NCBI GenBank assembly: GCA_013239625.1
Contig: MU054323.1
Span: forward strand, 13,003,950-13,067,949
DNA: 64,000 nt
Origin: Lama guanicoe
Taxonomy: Eukaryota
Direction of reading: 5' to 3'
Shown here one piece after another: positions 11,831 through 25,243 of the stretch. A program made the position numbers and the translations under genes. Each line of letters starts with the position of its first letter. The first letter of the stretch is position 1. A model generated the notes under the pieces. That model made no database searches and was not told the DNA's origin. It worked only from the letters and a program-made list of their open reading frames with translations.

Positions 11831-12761
11831 CCTGACGTTGTCGCCATTACTTGTTGCATTGGTCATTCTGTTCTCCCTGTGGCTCTCCCCAGTCCTGGGT
11901 CAGGAGAGAATTTGGTTGCCTGGTGAGGGAAGGGAGGAAGACAGTGCGCAGAAGACCCCACAAAGCACGAGAAAGATGTAAGCCCTTCGGAGGGAGGAGA
12001 GTGGACGGTGGGAGCAGCTGGAAGGACAAGCTCAGAGACGATGTGGGTTTAATTGGATGAGCACCTGGCATGGTGTTGCTTTTATTCTTGTCTTGTGCCT
12101 TTTCCATCATTTTTATGGGCTGGTGTGTAGATGTTTGCTGGAAAGGCTGTTCCACCTGGATCTCATTGAAATCATGAAGGCTTTTCCTGCGCTGAACATT
12201 TTTCTATCCCAGTAACTATATAAATGTTCCATTTGTGATGTAATTGTTCTGTTTCAGATTTTCTTTCCTAAACTAAAACTCAAGTTATCCAAAACATTCA
12301 AGACAATGGCTTGAGTGTAAGGCTTTGTATGACGAACCCTTTATTTCCTAAGGTTTGCGTTTCTTTTTCCTGTTCAGTCGTCTACGCTCTGGCTCTAGGT
12401 GGAGGCTCCCAAGGTCAGGGGTTGCTTTGTGAAGAGGATGGAAAAATGAAGGAAATTACTTCTGCCATAAATTTTCCACTTCCTAGAGTGTAGGGGGAAG
12501 CATGAGCGGAACAGAGGCAGCTTTCACTTGTTTGGAAACACAATCCCAACTCTTGTTTTAGTTGCTTAAAATGTCTGCGGAAAACAACCAGGTTCTGCCA
12601 AAATTATTTTTACAAAGAAAATATTATGTTGCTTTAGCTGCCTTTGGCAGTGACTTCTTCTAAAAGCCAGTGACCCTCCCTTCCATTTCTTGGTTCTGCC
12701 AAATAACCACACATGGAAAGAGGAAGGAGAAATTGGGAATGGGCCAGAATTTAACTCTGAC

Positions 12762-12883
12762 CTTTTTAAAGGTAGAAGATGGACCACATCTTGTTCCATG
12801 AGGAGATGAGGTAGTGCATGAATTATTTGGTTGTGGTAAAGCAAAAGGAGGAGTGGTTTCAACATCAAAAACTTGGACTCACT
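12762..12883 (-). pseudogene. Candidate exon
   Basis: Acceptor ttttcctcctag, donor AAG|GTCAGA. Open frame SESKFLMLKPLLLLLYHNQIIHALPHLLMEQDVVHLLPLK. Confidence 0.35.
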
Positions 12884-13000
12884 CTAGGAGGAAAACCTCA
12901 CATCCCCGGTGCTCAGGTTCTCGAGGCCACCTCGCTGTCTTCCTTGGCCCACCCACCTGTAGCCCATAACCTTCACCTGTGCTCTAAAGGGAGCCATAAT

Positions 13001-13153
13001 GGGGGAGGGTATAGCTTAGTGGTAGAGCACATGCTTAGCATGCACGAGGTCTTGGGTTCAATCCCCAGTGCCTCCATCAAATAAATAAATAAAATAAACC
13101 TAATCACCTCCTCCCCCCCAAAAAACACACAACAAAAGAAAAAAATTTTTTAA
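13001..13153 (+). mobile_element. tRNA-Ala-derived SINE (Vic-1-like, camelid)
   Basis: GGGGAGGGTATAGCTTAGTGGTAGAGCAC...GGTTCAATCCCCAG with A and B boxes, an A-rich tail and an imperfect TSD aaagggagccataat / aaaggaagcataat. Confidence 0.85.
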
Positions 13154-13199
13154 AAAGGAAGCATAATTGGGAGGCTATTGGACCACAGGGGAGAGCACC

Positions 13200-14190
13200 C
13201 TTAATCCCAACCAAAGGGGAAAAGGTTTCTCAGAGGAGGTGACACTTCATGTGGGCTTTGGAGGGAGCAGAGCAATTTGAGAGGCAGAGTGGTGGAGAAT
13301 GTCATCCAGGAGGGTGGGGAATTGTGATGGTCATGGACTCTGCTTGAAGGGAGTGCTGACCAGCTAGAAGCCTGGGGAGGCACAGGGAAAGGAGAGAGAG
13401 ATTGAGGAGGGTAGAGTGGTGGCTGTGGGGACATGTGATGAGAAAGACACAAAGCAGGAAAAAGACCTAATGACTGAGAGGAGCCTTGTGTACTTGGGTT
13501 TATTCTGAAGGCAAAGAGAAACATCAGGAGTTTTTGAGCAAGATGTATGGTTTAGAAAATAAATCCAGCAGCCCTGGGAAGTGCAGATTCCAAGTAAAGA
13601 AATCCCTCAGGGTTTGGCGATGATCTTGGTAAGAAGTGGAACAGGGCAGTGGGAATGGATTAGGAAAGAGGGACATAATTTCAGAGAGACCACCGCATCA
13701 GGGAGGGTGGGAGGAGAGTAAAAGGCTTCTCTGAGCATAAATCTGGAGTGTTGAGGGCATGGTGGTGGTGATGTTAAGAGAGTTGGGGCTCTTAGGAGGA
13801 GGGGTGACTGATAGGAAGATGATGAGTTAAGGATGAGAGTAAGGAGTTTCTTTAGGTCCAACGGAAATACAGATGAGGGAACAAAGATGAGGCTGAGTTG
13901 AAAAGTTGGGTTCATTTACATATGAATGTTAGCTAAAACAAAAAGAAGGGAGATCATGGGGAAACATGAGGAAGGAAAAGAAAAAGCAATTGAGTATGGG
14001 CTCTTGAAGCATGACTGTATTTAAGGAAGAGGAGACAAAGAGGAACCCACAGTAGAGACTGAGATTGAGCCTCCACTCATTTCTTTCATTCATTCATTTG
14101 GTCAGCAAATGTTTACTTGGCACCTACCATGGACAGGTCCTGGGCACCCAGGGTACAGTGGGAAAGAAATCCTGCCTTCCAGCATTTATG
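13200..14190 (-). mobile_element. L2 fragments
   Basis: Purine-rich antisense L2 sequence and 'ttcattcattcatt..cagcaaatgtttact'. Confidence 0.6.
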
Positions 14191-15299
14191 GTGAGGTTGC
14201 TGCTCAGAAAAGTGCAGCACCCTGTGGAGACCCAGAAAGGGGAGGGGTCAGGGAGAGCAGGGTCTGATGGTGTTGACTGCACTGGAGCCTAAGAAGTAGA
14301 GAGGAAAGATGGGAAAGGGGAGGTGGAGGGGAGGAAGGAGGGACAGATGGGGGAGGAGACCAGACAGAGGCACAAAGAGGGGATTTGTCTCATTTTGGAG
14401 CCGGGACATTCTGTCTCTGGCCTCACCTCAGAAGCAGAGTAAATACCAACCTAATCAGGTTTACCTCTGTAGCCATAGCAACCTCTGGGCTTGGCTTTGT
14501 TGCACCTTCATGAACCTTTTAAGTGAGGAAGTTGCTTAATATCAAGTTACATACTAATTAGAAATACAACAGCCTCTTAAAACGGTTTCTTAAAGGCTTG
14601 CCAGGTTGTCTCTTTCCTGAATTCATTTTTCCCATACTCTTTCATTCACAGAGATTCTGGACCATAATATAAATATAAACTAACAAAATATTAAAGATGT
14701 GAAATAAGATTGCTCTGTGACGATAAAAGTGCTCACTGTAAAAACTTGGAAAATAGAATATGAAGTAGAAAATACAAATTATTCATCTTCCTATTACTCT
14801 TAATATTCTGTTGTTTTTTTCCCCCAATCCTATTTCTAGACATATTTTACTACATTTAAATATGTTTATGATCATTTTGTATTTAGAATTTTGTGTATTA
14901 TTTTGTTCACTAATTATATCATGGGTATTTCCCAATGTCACTAAAATAGCTATAAAAATGTTTCATTCTACACATGCTTCACACTTTACCCATTCCTGTG
15001 TTATTCAGTTAGGTTCTTTCTAATCTTTCTCTGTTTTAATGCAGCAGTTACTCACCCTTAGGTATATTTTTTTGTCCCTGACTTAAAATCCATTTGTATT
15101 TCAAAATGATTTATTGTATACTTCCCTAGAATTCTTACATTTAAATGAACAATGCTTCATAAATTTTAGAGTGATATTAATACAATGAAGAGTGATTTCA
15201 CCATCCTTTGTCTCAAAATACAAGTTATTTTGAAATGTTATCTGATTATTTTATAAACTACATTTTATGTCAAGAAATTTGACCCAAACTGGAATAATG

Positions 15300-17880
15300 A
15301 TAAATTGCATTTATTTTTAACTCACTATTAAACCCCAGGTTTCTGCCAAGGCTTGCTCGAATTCTACAGGTATAGCACCAGTGGAGCTATTTTTCCATAC
15401 TTTCAGGTTTGTCAGAGAGTATTAATTTTGAACACAGGTAATCTCTCATTTATCTTCATATTCAATTTTTCTTCTTGTTTTATTATAACACGTCACTTTG
15501 TACGAGGAGTTCAAGCCTACTCCAGAAAGCAAGTAGAAGGTTATTTTTATTTGTTGGGAAAATTAATTTGCCTTAAAAACTTTTTCGATTATTTTACCCT
15601 CAAACATTTGCTGTGCTTTTGTTTTAAGTGTTTCTTACAAGAAGAATATAGCTGGGTTAAAAGAAATGAAATTTTAGCTGGCAAGTTTTATTTATTATTT
15701 TTTGTGATCATTGATACATTTCCATTTATTTTTACTATCTTTTTCATGCTTTCTATTTGTCCTATAAAGTTCTTATTCCATTGTCTTCTCCTCTAGTTGT
15801 TTGGAATTTTTAGATTCCATTTCTAATTTTTTTAATGGTTAAGAGTTTTAAATTATATTTACCCTAAATTATATTCCTGAAATTTAGAGGGCTTTAACTC
15901 TTTCCAGTTTAGGGGCTATTATTGTCCAGTATTTTATTTCTATTAAAAATGGCTTGAGAAACATCCTATATAGAGGATAGTACAGCACACGTGCACACGC
16001 ACACACACATGCTCATGAACACTTAATGTGCCCGTGATAAGAGACAGAATAGTACCTCTGTTTACGTGCCCCTCCCAGTTTTTTTTAAACTTCACAAATT
16101 AGAAGTTATTAGAGTTGATGTTTATTTAGATTTAATCACATGATTACCACTTTCTTTGCTTACTGGTTACTGTCCTTCTTAAACCTCAAGTCTCCCTTTG
16201 GTGATTCTTTTCCTTCTTCCTAAAGTATATATACATTTAAGTTCCTTTATTTCTTGTGCATTTTAAATATTAACCGAGTCTGTTGGTAATAAATTATCTT
16301 AGCTTTTGTTCATATAAAAATATTTATTTCATCCCCATTCTTGAAACAAATTTTGTTGGGTATGCAATTGTAGATTGACAGTTATTTTCTTTCAGCATTC
16401 TGAAGACATTATCTTACAGTATTTTGGTGTCTGCTCTTGTTCATGAGAAATCAGACATCAAACGGCTAAGCTGTCTTTTTTGGGGGCTGCTTTTTAAAGC
16501 TATTCAATTTGTCTTTAATGTTCTGCAATTTGCCAGGATTAGTCTGGGTATATTTTCTGGAGTTTTGTAGGTCCTAAATAGAAGTATCCATGGAAATTCT
16601 TGAGTGTTATCTCTCTCCTGTTCTTTCTATTCACTCCTTCTGGAACTCTGATTAGATAAATGTTAGCACTTCTCACTCAAATTTCATATCTATTAATCTT
16701 TCTTTCATAATTTCCTCCTCTGTCTTTCTGTACTATATTCTAAGTAATTTTGTCATATCCAACTTTCAACTTGCTAACTATGTTTTTCAGTTGTTCTAAT
16801 CTGCTAGTAAACTCATATGTTGAATCCTAAGATTTCAACTGTAACTTTTACTTCCAGTAGTTAAGAATTTGCCTGGATATTAATGATAGTACTGTATTTT
16901 CTACTTATATATTAAATTCTTTAAATATTTAAAATATACTTATTTTACAGATCTGGCACACTCCTTGTTTTTTTTTAAATTAAGGTTTATTGAAACACAG
17001 CTGAGCCCATTTGTTTACATACTGCTTGTGTCTGCTTTTACTCTAGAACGGCAAAGTGGAGTCTTTTTGATAGAGACTGCACAGTCTGCGAAGCCTGAAA
17101 CATATCCCACATGGCCCTTTATAAAACCAAGCCCTGCTACACGTGGTAAGTGCCAAGCCCCGATACCCATGGTAGCTCTAACATCCAAAGAACTTTTCTG
17201 TCTGAATCTGCTGCTTGATCTTGCTGCTACTCTGTCCCGCGATGTCTTGCTCTGTGAGTGGTCTTCTAATTTTTCATTGTGAGCTCATTTTTTTGGGGCA
17301 TTATCTGTGAGAATTTCAGGAGACTTGAGAGGATGTTCTATTTGTGTTTACCTGGCGAAGTGCCTGGGGAGCTAATAATCTAGGACTATTTTAAATCAGT
17401 TTCCTTGGTTTAAAATAGTTTCAGAATAAGCACATAGAGTGAATCTGAACCCCAGACTTGAGGTTTGGATTGTGGTTATTACCTCTGTCAGTGAGTAGGG
17501 GCCTTTTTTTTCCTTCAACCGAAATCAAAGCTGAGACCCCCCCACCTCCCTTTTTTTGCAGTCTTCCTTTTGCAGGGCAAATATTTTCTAGTCCACTCTT
17601 GCAGTGGAAATTTGGGGCTATGGGGACTCATTCCAAAGTGTCCATGCTGACAGTTTATTGCCTTGTCATCCGCCCCACCCCCACCCCCAGAAAATGCCAT
17701 TAGGGGCCTGCTGCCTGCTTGAGTGAGCATTCACCATGCTCATTTTGGATTCTGGCTTCAACTTCATTTTTAGCCTCTGAAGATTTACCTTAATTTCTTG
17801 CCAAGTCAGCTATTCATTTTATCCAGCATTTTCTGAGTGTTTTTTTAGGGGAGAATTTTCAGTATATGGAAGCTGTCATA
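15300..17880 (-). mobile_element. Old L1 (L1ME-like) fragments with a nested MER58-like piece (~16950-17136)
   Basis: T-rich antisense L1 blocks (e.g. 'gacagttattttctttcagca..tgaagacatt', 'ctccttctggaactc..attaga'). Confidence 0.6.
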
Positions 17881-18077
17881 ATGCTGGAAATAAATGTCAT
17901 GAAAATTGTAAGTGAAAAAATGTACAGTGAGGATAATGCAAATGGGAAAGTTTTATAACACCCCTAGAGGCTCCAAGCCTACCTAGTGTTTACTTCTATC
18001 TGAATTATGAGTGGTGTCTCTGGAGTCAGACAACCTGGTTTGGAACCAGGCCTTGTGTAGAGTTGGGGGAAGAGAGG

Positions 18078-18293
18078 GAGAGTGGTCAAACTTTTCCTGA
18101 AAAGAGCCAGATGGTAAGTATTTTCAGCTTTGCAGACCATATGCAACTACTCAACTCTGCCACAGTGTCATGAAAGCAACTATAATTACATACTTTGTAA
18201 TGAATGGGCATGGCTGTGTTCCAATAAAACTTTATTTACAAAAACAGGCAGTGAGTGGGATTTGGCCTGCGGGTTATAGTTTGCAGACCCCTG
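18078..18293. mobile_element. MER58A-like hAT element inserted in a MIR
   Basis: 'ggctgtgttccaataaaactttatttacaaaaacaggcag' and a terminal 'tagtttgcagacccctg'. MIR halves lie on both sides. Confidence 0.85.
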
Positions 18294-18519
18294 GCCTCGT
18301 GCAAATTAATGAACCTCTATAAAAGTTTCCTAATCTCTAAAATGAGGGTAATAAGTCTTGTGTTATACATAGGTTGTTATAAGAATTAAATTAGAAAATT
18401 CAGGTAAATGCTAGCATTAGCTCTGATGATGATGCCGGCAATGATGATGGTGGCTTCAAAACAGTTCCCTAATTTTGGAAGATTATCTGATGTGTCTTCA
18501 CTTCAGAACCTTCAAATCC

Positions 18520-19230
18520 ATCCAGTGCAGCAGCTGAGGACTCAGAGAGCTAACAATACTGCAGCAACAAACAACCTTAAACGCTCAGTGGCTTTAACTC
18601 TTGCTCACATTAGGTTTTCAATACAGGTTGATAAAAAAACTCTGTTCACTGTTGTCGGTCTAGGACCCAGGGTGATGGAGCAGCCACCACCTTGAAATTG
18701 CTGGTCACTACAGAGGAAGGAGCTGTGGAGGATCTTGCCACAACAATAAAATACTTGGTTTGCAAATGACACCTGTCATTTCTATGCACAATTCATGGTC
18801 AGAATTGGTCACATCTTCCTCTCCTACTCTTGTTGCCCCTGCTGCTGGGCGTGCTGTCAGCAGACAGTCTTCACCTGTCAGCCCCTCCAGGAGTGCCTAA
18901 GCCGCAGACTGCCTCCCCCCAGGCCCTTCCTTTCCCAGGGCAGCCCACATCCAATGACCGCTCCAGTTAGGGGAACCAAGGCCCAGCCACTTTGACCCAA
19001 TGTAGGATGACTCTAATGGCCATTTTAGCTTCAGAGATCCCTGTGGGTTTGTTGGGCTATTCAGCTTCTCCCTCTGCCCAATCTTTCTCCCTTCTCCTTC
19101 TTTCCACAGGTTACTCCTAAGGACAGTCCTTAAATAAATACCCTGGACCCTAAACTCCATCTCAGGGTTCTCAGAGAACCAATCTGTGTCATCCTCTATG
19201 TGCCCAAGGGAGGGATAGGAAAATCTCCCA
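18520..19230. mobile_element. MLT1-like LTR with a nested ERVL-type LTR (~18815-19185)
   Basis: MLT1 'gcagcaacaaacaacc..aa..ctcagtggcttt'. The nested LTR has 'cttaaataaata..ctg..ccctaaactccatctcaggg'. Confidence 0.55.
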
Positions 19231-19427
19231 AGGAGCACAGAGGACTGCCTCACTCACTAAGGTGAGCAAAGGTAGCACATACACACGGGAGAGTCTAAAC
19301 CTGGAGCAGTGATAATAGCTAATATTTATTGAGTGCTGGTCTGCTGCATGCTGTACTGAAAGTATGTTGCTTGGATTAGCTCATTCAGTCTGCACAACAC
19401 CCTACATCTTAGATGACAGGAATAGAC

Positions 19428-19608
19428 GAGATGATGGCGAACTATGGCCCGCAGACCAAATCTACCCATGCCCATTCCTTTATGTATTGTCTACGCTACT
19501 TCCAGGCTACGATGGCCAAGTCGAGTAGTTGCGACAGAGGCACTATGGTGTGCCAAACTGAAAATATTTACTCTCTGCCCCTTTTCAGACAAAGCTTGCT
19601 GAGATCTG
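19428..19608. mobile_element. MER58-like hAT element inserted in a MIR
   Basis: 'ggcgaactatggcccgcagaccaaatct' and 'aaaatatttactctctg.ccctt'. Confidence 0.75.
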
Positions 19609-20117
19609 TGTTAGATATTAGTCTCATTGTATAGATAAGAAAATAGAAGCTTAGACAGGTTTGTGGTTTATTAAATCATGGAATGCCATTTTTTTGGTTA
19701 AATGTCTATCACATGGCCCCTTTCTGCGTTGGCAGTTGCAGAAGCCTCCCAAGCCACTTATGGGCCTTTGTAAGTGCTCAGTGAGTGAATAGGAATGAAT
19801 CTCTTCCCTTTCCTTCCTCCCACCATCTGTCTCCCTTTGTAAAACTGAGGTCTCCTCTTCTGTCTCTGCTCTAAATCCTCTCCCAGGCCAATCCAATCCT
19901 GCCATCTGCAGGCAAGAGCACCTGAGATAGTGATCCTCTGACCTTGCTCCACCAAGTGGAAGACACAAAAGACTCTAAAAGCCCAGGAGGAAGCTCCATC
20001 TTTCCAGAGATGGCTACCGGAAGAGTTAGGGCAGGCAGCGAGCAGAGGCTGGGCTGGCTATCAGGACACACTTCAAGATCACTAAGAAATTATTCTGTGT
20101 GCTGAACCATAAAGTGA

Positions 20118-20166
20118 TAAGAAAGAAAAGAAAAGAAAAGAAAAGAAAAAAAAAAAACAAAAAACA
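20118..20166 (+). repeat. (AAAAG)n / A-rich microsatellite
   Basis: aagaaagaaaagaaaagaaaagaaaagaaaaaaaaaaaacaaaaaac. Confidence 0.9.
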
Positions 20167-20474
20167 ACTCAGCAGCCTTGACAGATCTACGGCTGAGATG
20201 ATCTATTTCCAACTGCCTCCAGCTGAGAAGCGGTTCCCAGGGCAGCACTGAGTAACTCAAAAACATTCCCTCATAAAAGGGATTGTTCAAGGGGGCTTCA
20301 AGCATTTAGTTCCTTAACACCCAGCCAGCTGTTTCCTAGATTCACCCAGAACATGGGCCTAGGCTCCAAAGTTTACCCCCAGACCTAGGAGCAGAACTAC
20401 GAACTGAGCCAAGGTGGGTTGACAAAGTTTGTGCTCTTAATCATACATTCTACTCCTTCCTGGCAAGCAAATAC

Positions 20475-20564
20475 CCGGGATTATGCGTTTACATCCTACA
20501 GATGCTGTTCAATGAGGTCATAGATTTTCTGCCAATGATTTTCTAGCAGTTACTTGCAAGAGGA
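20475..20564 (-). pseudogene. Candidate exon
   Basis: Acceptor ctcttcctacag, donor CGG|GTATTT, 90 nt: SSCK*LLENHWQKIYDLIEQHL*DVNA*SR. Confidence 0.4.
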
Positions 20565-22654
20565 CTGTAGGAAGAGATCCCACCTATCCACCCCTCTATC
20601 CCATGCCTCCTAAAGAAAAATTTCCCAACTTTCAGAGAGAATCCTTGCATCTATTCAGATATGTTAGATCCCTAAGGAAAAATTTCTAAAATTCACCCCC
20701 CATTCTTTGTTAATTAGAAAACAACTGGCTCTCAAAAGTGGCTAGTGAATGAATAAATGAGTCAGCGAATGGGTGGATGACTCAGTCTCCAGACCCTTGA
20801 TAATAACTTAAAGATCCTGGGCAAGCTTTTTGCTTATGATGACAAAAAGATAGTTGGAGGTGTCTCATTGCAGACTGCTCATTGCAATCAGGTGTCCAAA
20901 GGAACAGTCATTCACTCAACAAACACCCACTACGCATTTACTTACAACAAGCATTTACTAGGACTTGCACACCGTGTAAGGCAATGGGAATGTGACACAC
21001 CAGGTGTCTGCCCTCAACACACGCCTCCAGGGGTGAGATGGAGGCTTGGAAGTCAGTGTGGGCACAGGCAGCTCCATGGAGGTGGGGGTGGGGTGGGGTG
21101 GGGTTTGCAGGTACCTGTGTGTTGGGAAGAAAACATGGGGGAAACACAAAGATGAAAGATGCTCTTTCAAGAGAAATGGAAGTGGAACATCCAGGTCGTG
21201 GATTGGAAAGGGTTAAGTGGAAAGTTCTGGGGCAGCTGGCAGATGTAACCTGATCCCTCTCAGCAGTAGCCTGGCCTTTAAAACCGGGAAACCTGGAGGA
21301 ACCACAGACACTGGGCTGGTTTTACTGGTCTCCCCTCACCCTTCAGAAAGCCAGGCCTCTCCTTGCATAACTGGTATTTCTTTGGTGGTGTGAGTTACTC
21401 CTGTATATTGCTCAGTTCATCCATCTTATGTGGATTTTTACTAGTTGCCTTCTCAGAGTATGTCCTGGTCTCCCTTAATAGGGTAAGTTGGGAGGGCAAC
21501 AAAAAGAGATGTTATAAAAGCCTTGACTATTTTAATGGTGTAACTGGGAATGTAATAGCTTACAGACACAAATATGACAAAATTCTTTCTAGAGAACTTT
21601 CCAAATCATCAGTTTAGAGATAGGAAGATTTTTTTTTTCCCGTAGAGAGGGCCATTGCTTGATTCAGGTAAAGAAACTCAATTTAGGTTAATTTACATTT
21701 GGGGGAAAATTGGGGCAGACCCCTTTGCTCAGCAGAACCTTGCCTTCAAAGAACTAAAGACAAGTCACTTGGTTGTCGGGCGTTGTAACCAAAACTCAGT
21801 ATTCGTAACCATGGCTTGCCTTAGTTTTGGTTTATCTTAGTAAGACCAAGAATTTTAAAAAGGCTTCCCCCGCAAAAAGTGTTCTGTGTCTACTACAAAG
21901 CATGTATCCTGTGCTTAATGCCTAGGATGGATTACAAATGCTACAGGAGTTCGGAAGAGAAAATAAACTGAGGTTCAGGGTGGTCCAGAGAGCTTCATGG
22001 AAGGATCTTGAATTCTATTTTGAAAGAGGAGGACTTAGTTGAAGAGATGAAGACGTGGCAGGAGAATGATGGGAGCAGAGACTAGAGGCAGGAATATGGG
22101 TGTCCTTTCTTGCAGACTAGCAACTGGCCAGTCTTTTTTTTTCCCAAAGAAAAAGAAGAAAAACGGGTAGATAAATGTAGTTGGAACACAGGTTCATTTA
22201 GGGGAGTAGCCCAAGATGAGGTTGCAAGAGGGAGGAGGCCATCTTTGAAGGTCTTGGGTCTTAGAAAGCCAGGCAGGCTGGCTAGGAATTGATACATAGA
22301 GGTGGCACAGTAACTGCCCTCATTTTTCTTCTTTTTTCTAGGCTCCTTTATTCACTGTATGATATTTTCATCAATTTAATAGGAGGCAGAGGGAATATTT
22401 TAGGAAAAAAATTTAGATCAAGTGTTAAACTCACGCAGCATCACATTCTTGTGCCATTGGGTGAAAATTCTAACGTAGACAAGAGAAATAATGATGACTA
22501 AATGTCCTGGAATTTACATAAAGAAGCAAGTCCAGCAACTCAACAACCCAGGAAGCATTGAAGCTGACGCAAAGCAGAAGGTTCCTCTTAAAATTGGATC
22601 ATGATTTGTAAGTAGATGTCTCTGAGGGGAGAGAGCGTTACTCTGTTTGCTTAC

Positions 22655-22735
22655 CTGTCACTCAACCAACCTTGCAGGTGTCTGGGCATCTTTGAATTTA
22701 AATTTAAGCAGGGAAACTAGGTAAACTTCCACTGA
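22655..22735 (-). pseudogene. Candidate exon
   Basis: Acceptor tttgatcttccattcag, donor CAG|GTAAGC, 81 nt, phase 0-0: SVEVYLVSLLKFKFKDAQTPARLVE*Q (the TGA is plausibly from CGA). Confidence 0.55.
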
Positions 22736-23339
22736 CTGAATGGAAGATCAAACAAATGTTTAAAACCTGAGATATGAAAGTGAAATGCAAGTAGTTGGGG
22801 GCCGCTTTGTGATCAAAAGACTAGTGTTTCATAGAGTTCAGGTGCATCTCAGTTCAATGTACATCCAAGTATTTTTCAAATTGCACACTCTTCGAGACTA
22901 AGAATGTATTTCCTTTGTGTCCTCTTGAATGTTGATCAGCCCAATGAGGTTAGGTGAGGGTGAATCACAAGCATATATAAAGTCACATTGATAGCTATTT
23001 AATTATTATATAGTTTCACATTTAATGTTCAGAAATTTCAATAAATGGGTATGAAAAAATCTCAACAAAAGCTAAATTAATGAGCAGATTTTGCTCGCTG
23101 CAGACAGAGTTATTTCATTGTCTTTAGCAACTGCCATTGTGTGATACTCTTGATTATACTCAAGGTGAGAAGGGACCAGAATAATCAGAAAGGGAAATCA
23201 GAAAGTGGACATGAAACTCTATTTTTGGTGAATTTCCTTTTGTAGATTAGCTCTTCAAAATTTATAGGAAGGCAGCCCATGCCCCTGGTCCTTTTCCTTT
23301 TACAGGTCTCATTTCCCACATTCCTTTTTCAGTACTCAC

Positions 23340-23499
23340 CACACATCTAATTATTCCAGGTCTGTTTACCTCGTTAGACTCCATATGGACAGAGCCCATA
23401 TTGCCATGGCCAGACCCTCAGGGTCAGCACAGAGGCACTCGTTGGCCCAGGGGCGACTTTGCGCTACAGTCCAACTGGGCTGTATTCAAAGATCTCCAC
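23340..23499 (-). pseudogene. Candidate exon
   Basis: Acceptor cttccatttcag, donor GTG|GTGAGT, 160 nt. All frames contain stops. Confidence 0.4.
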
Positions 23500-25243
23500 C
23501 TGAAATGGAAGTCTGTTTTGGTTTTGCCATAAAGGTCTGCGTAGGCTAGCTGAGGACCCCCTCTCTCATTCCTCAGTCTCTCTCTTGCTTTCACTCTCCT
23601 TTCTCTTCAGCTCCCTGACTACCCACTTCTCTCTTTCCCTTCTCCCCTCTCTAAGAATTTCTTGAAATTAGAAGAGGGTTGAGGGAGGCACCATGAAATC
23701 CTTGATTGGAAGAAAACGCGGGTGGAAGGGGTTCTGATCACAGGCAGCCACTAAATTTGATTTGTAGCTGATCTTAAATGTAGGAAAGATTTTCAATGAC
23801 AAAACTCATAAAGTGTAAGGGGGAGGGAACCTGGCTGCATTCTGAACTTGACTAATGGTTTCAAAGTGCTTTAAAAGTTTGGCATTTGCCAGCCTTCCTT
23901 TCTTCCCCTAATCCTCAAACCCATGAGTTTTTATGGGCAACATAATCCTCTTTTCTGATTCATTTACACTTAGCTCATCTGAGTATTGTTTTGTAAAAAC
24001 CATCTGAAGTCCAAGAAGTTTTATGAGATCTTTAAAGACTTGTTTTTTGAACCACGAAGTTGTGTACTTCCAATATAAATGGACCTTGAACACACTAGGG
24101 GGCTTGGCATTAAACTGAGTCTAGACTTTGCAAAGGCTGGTCCACGTGCCTGACAGAAACAAGGCTTTCGCTTTCAGAATCATAGTGCGTTCAGGGTTTT
24201 CAATGTGTGACCATCTCATACGATAGTACGCACGGTGCACAACACACATTTCAAGGATTATCTTGCTAGTTACGTAAACAGCAAGAGACTGATGTGGAAA
24301 AACTGTGACTTGGCTAGAGTTTCCTGACTAGAGTGGGGCTACTTGCTTATATGTACGTTACCACATTAATGGCCGTGTGTACACACATGTATACAAACAT
24401 ATATGGATCATTTACAGATGGGATTAACATTTACACTAGAGAGTCTTCCTGTGGTTGTATTTCAGAGACGATCTGATTGTGATATACCCGAATCTGTCAC
24501 AAGTTAGGTGGTTAATCAGACTGAAGTCTGGGGTGAAATACCCACGTCTGCTTTGCAGTGGGTCAAAAGGAAGGAAGGTTGTATTGTATCTTTTAAAACA
24601 TTTTTCTGCAGAGCCAGAGAGCATGGTTAAGGGCGTCGCTCTCCCCAAAAGGGAGGACCTTGGGTTGATCCCCACAGCCTCTGGAAACAGGCTCAGATCA
24701 GTGAAATGACTTGTTCAGGTTCCCATGGGAAGTGAAGCAGCCACGCCACGCTCAAGCCCAGCCCTCCAGCTCCCTGTCCAGGCTCTGCCCTCTGCAGGCT
24801 GCTGCCTCTCATTGACCAAAACAGGCTCTAACGGATGTTGTCCGTCCATCTGGGTCCTGGAGTGACTTACAGGAACAGCTCACCCACCACCACAGACTGG
24901 TCTGGTCCTTTGGTGATGCTGTCCTTCACTGTTTCCTGGCTTTCGCCTGTCTGACATCTCTTCTTTCCAGTCCTGGCTCTTGGAGTTAGTGGAATGGAGT
25001 TAATGCTTCTAGACAACCCCTCCTCCATCCACATCAAGGGCTGTTCTCTAATCCCTACCTGAGAGGTGAAAATTTCTGTGGACTGATTTGAGGAAATGTT
25101 TTCCCTACATGTTATGAATTCTCTATGAGATGACAAAGAATTATGGGTTGTACTGTGACACTGGCCTCTCTCACAAGTCAGATCCTGTCTTGTGAGTGTT
25201 CTGTTACTATCTCAAAGTATTGCTTTATGTATTTATCTTTTTA

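Noticed and set aside
13001..13075. Apparent tRNA-Ala gene
   Set aside because: It is the head of a SINE, with an A-rich tail, a TSD and a second dispersed copy.
22517..22621. Extra - strand exon directly after the 22655 exon
   Set aside because: The implied intron is only ~33 nt, too short unless a later deletion occurred.
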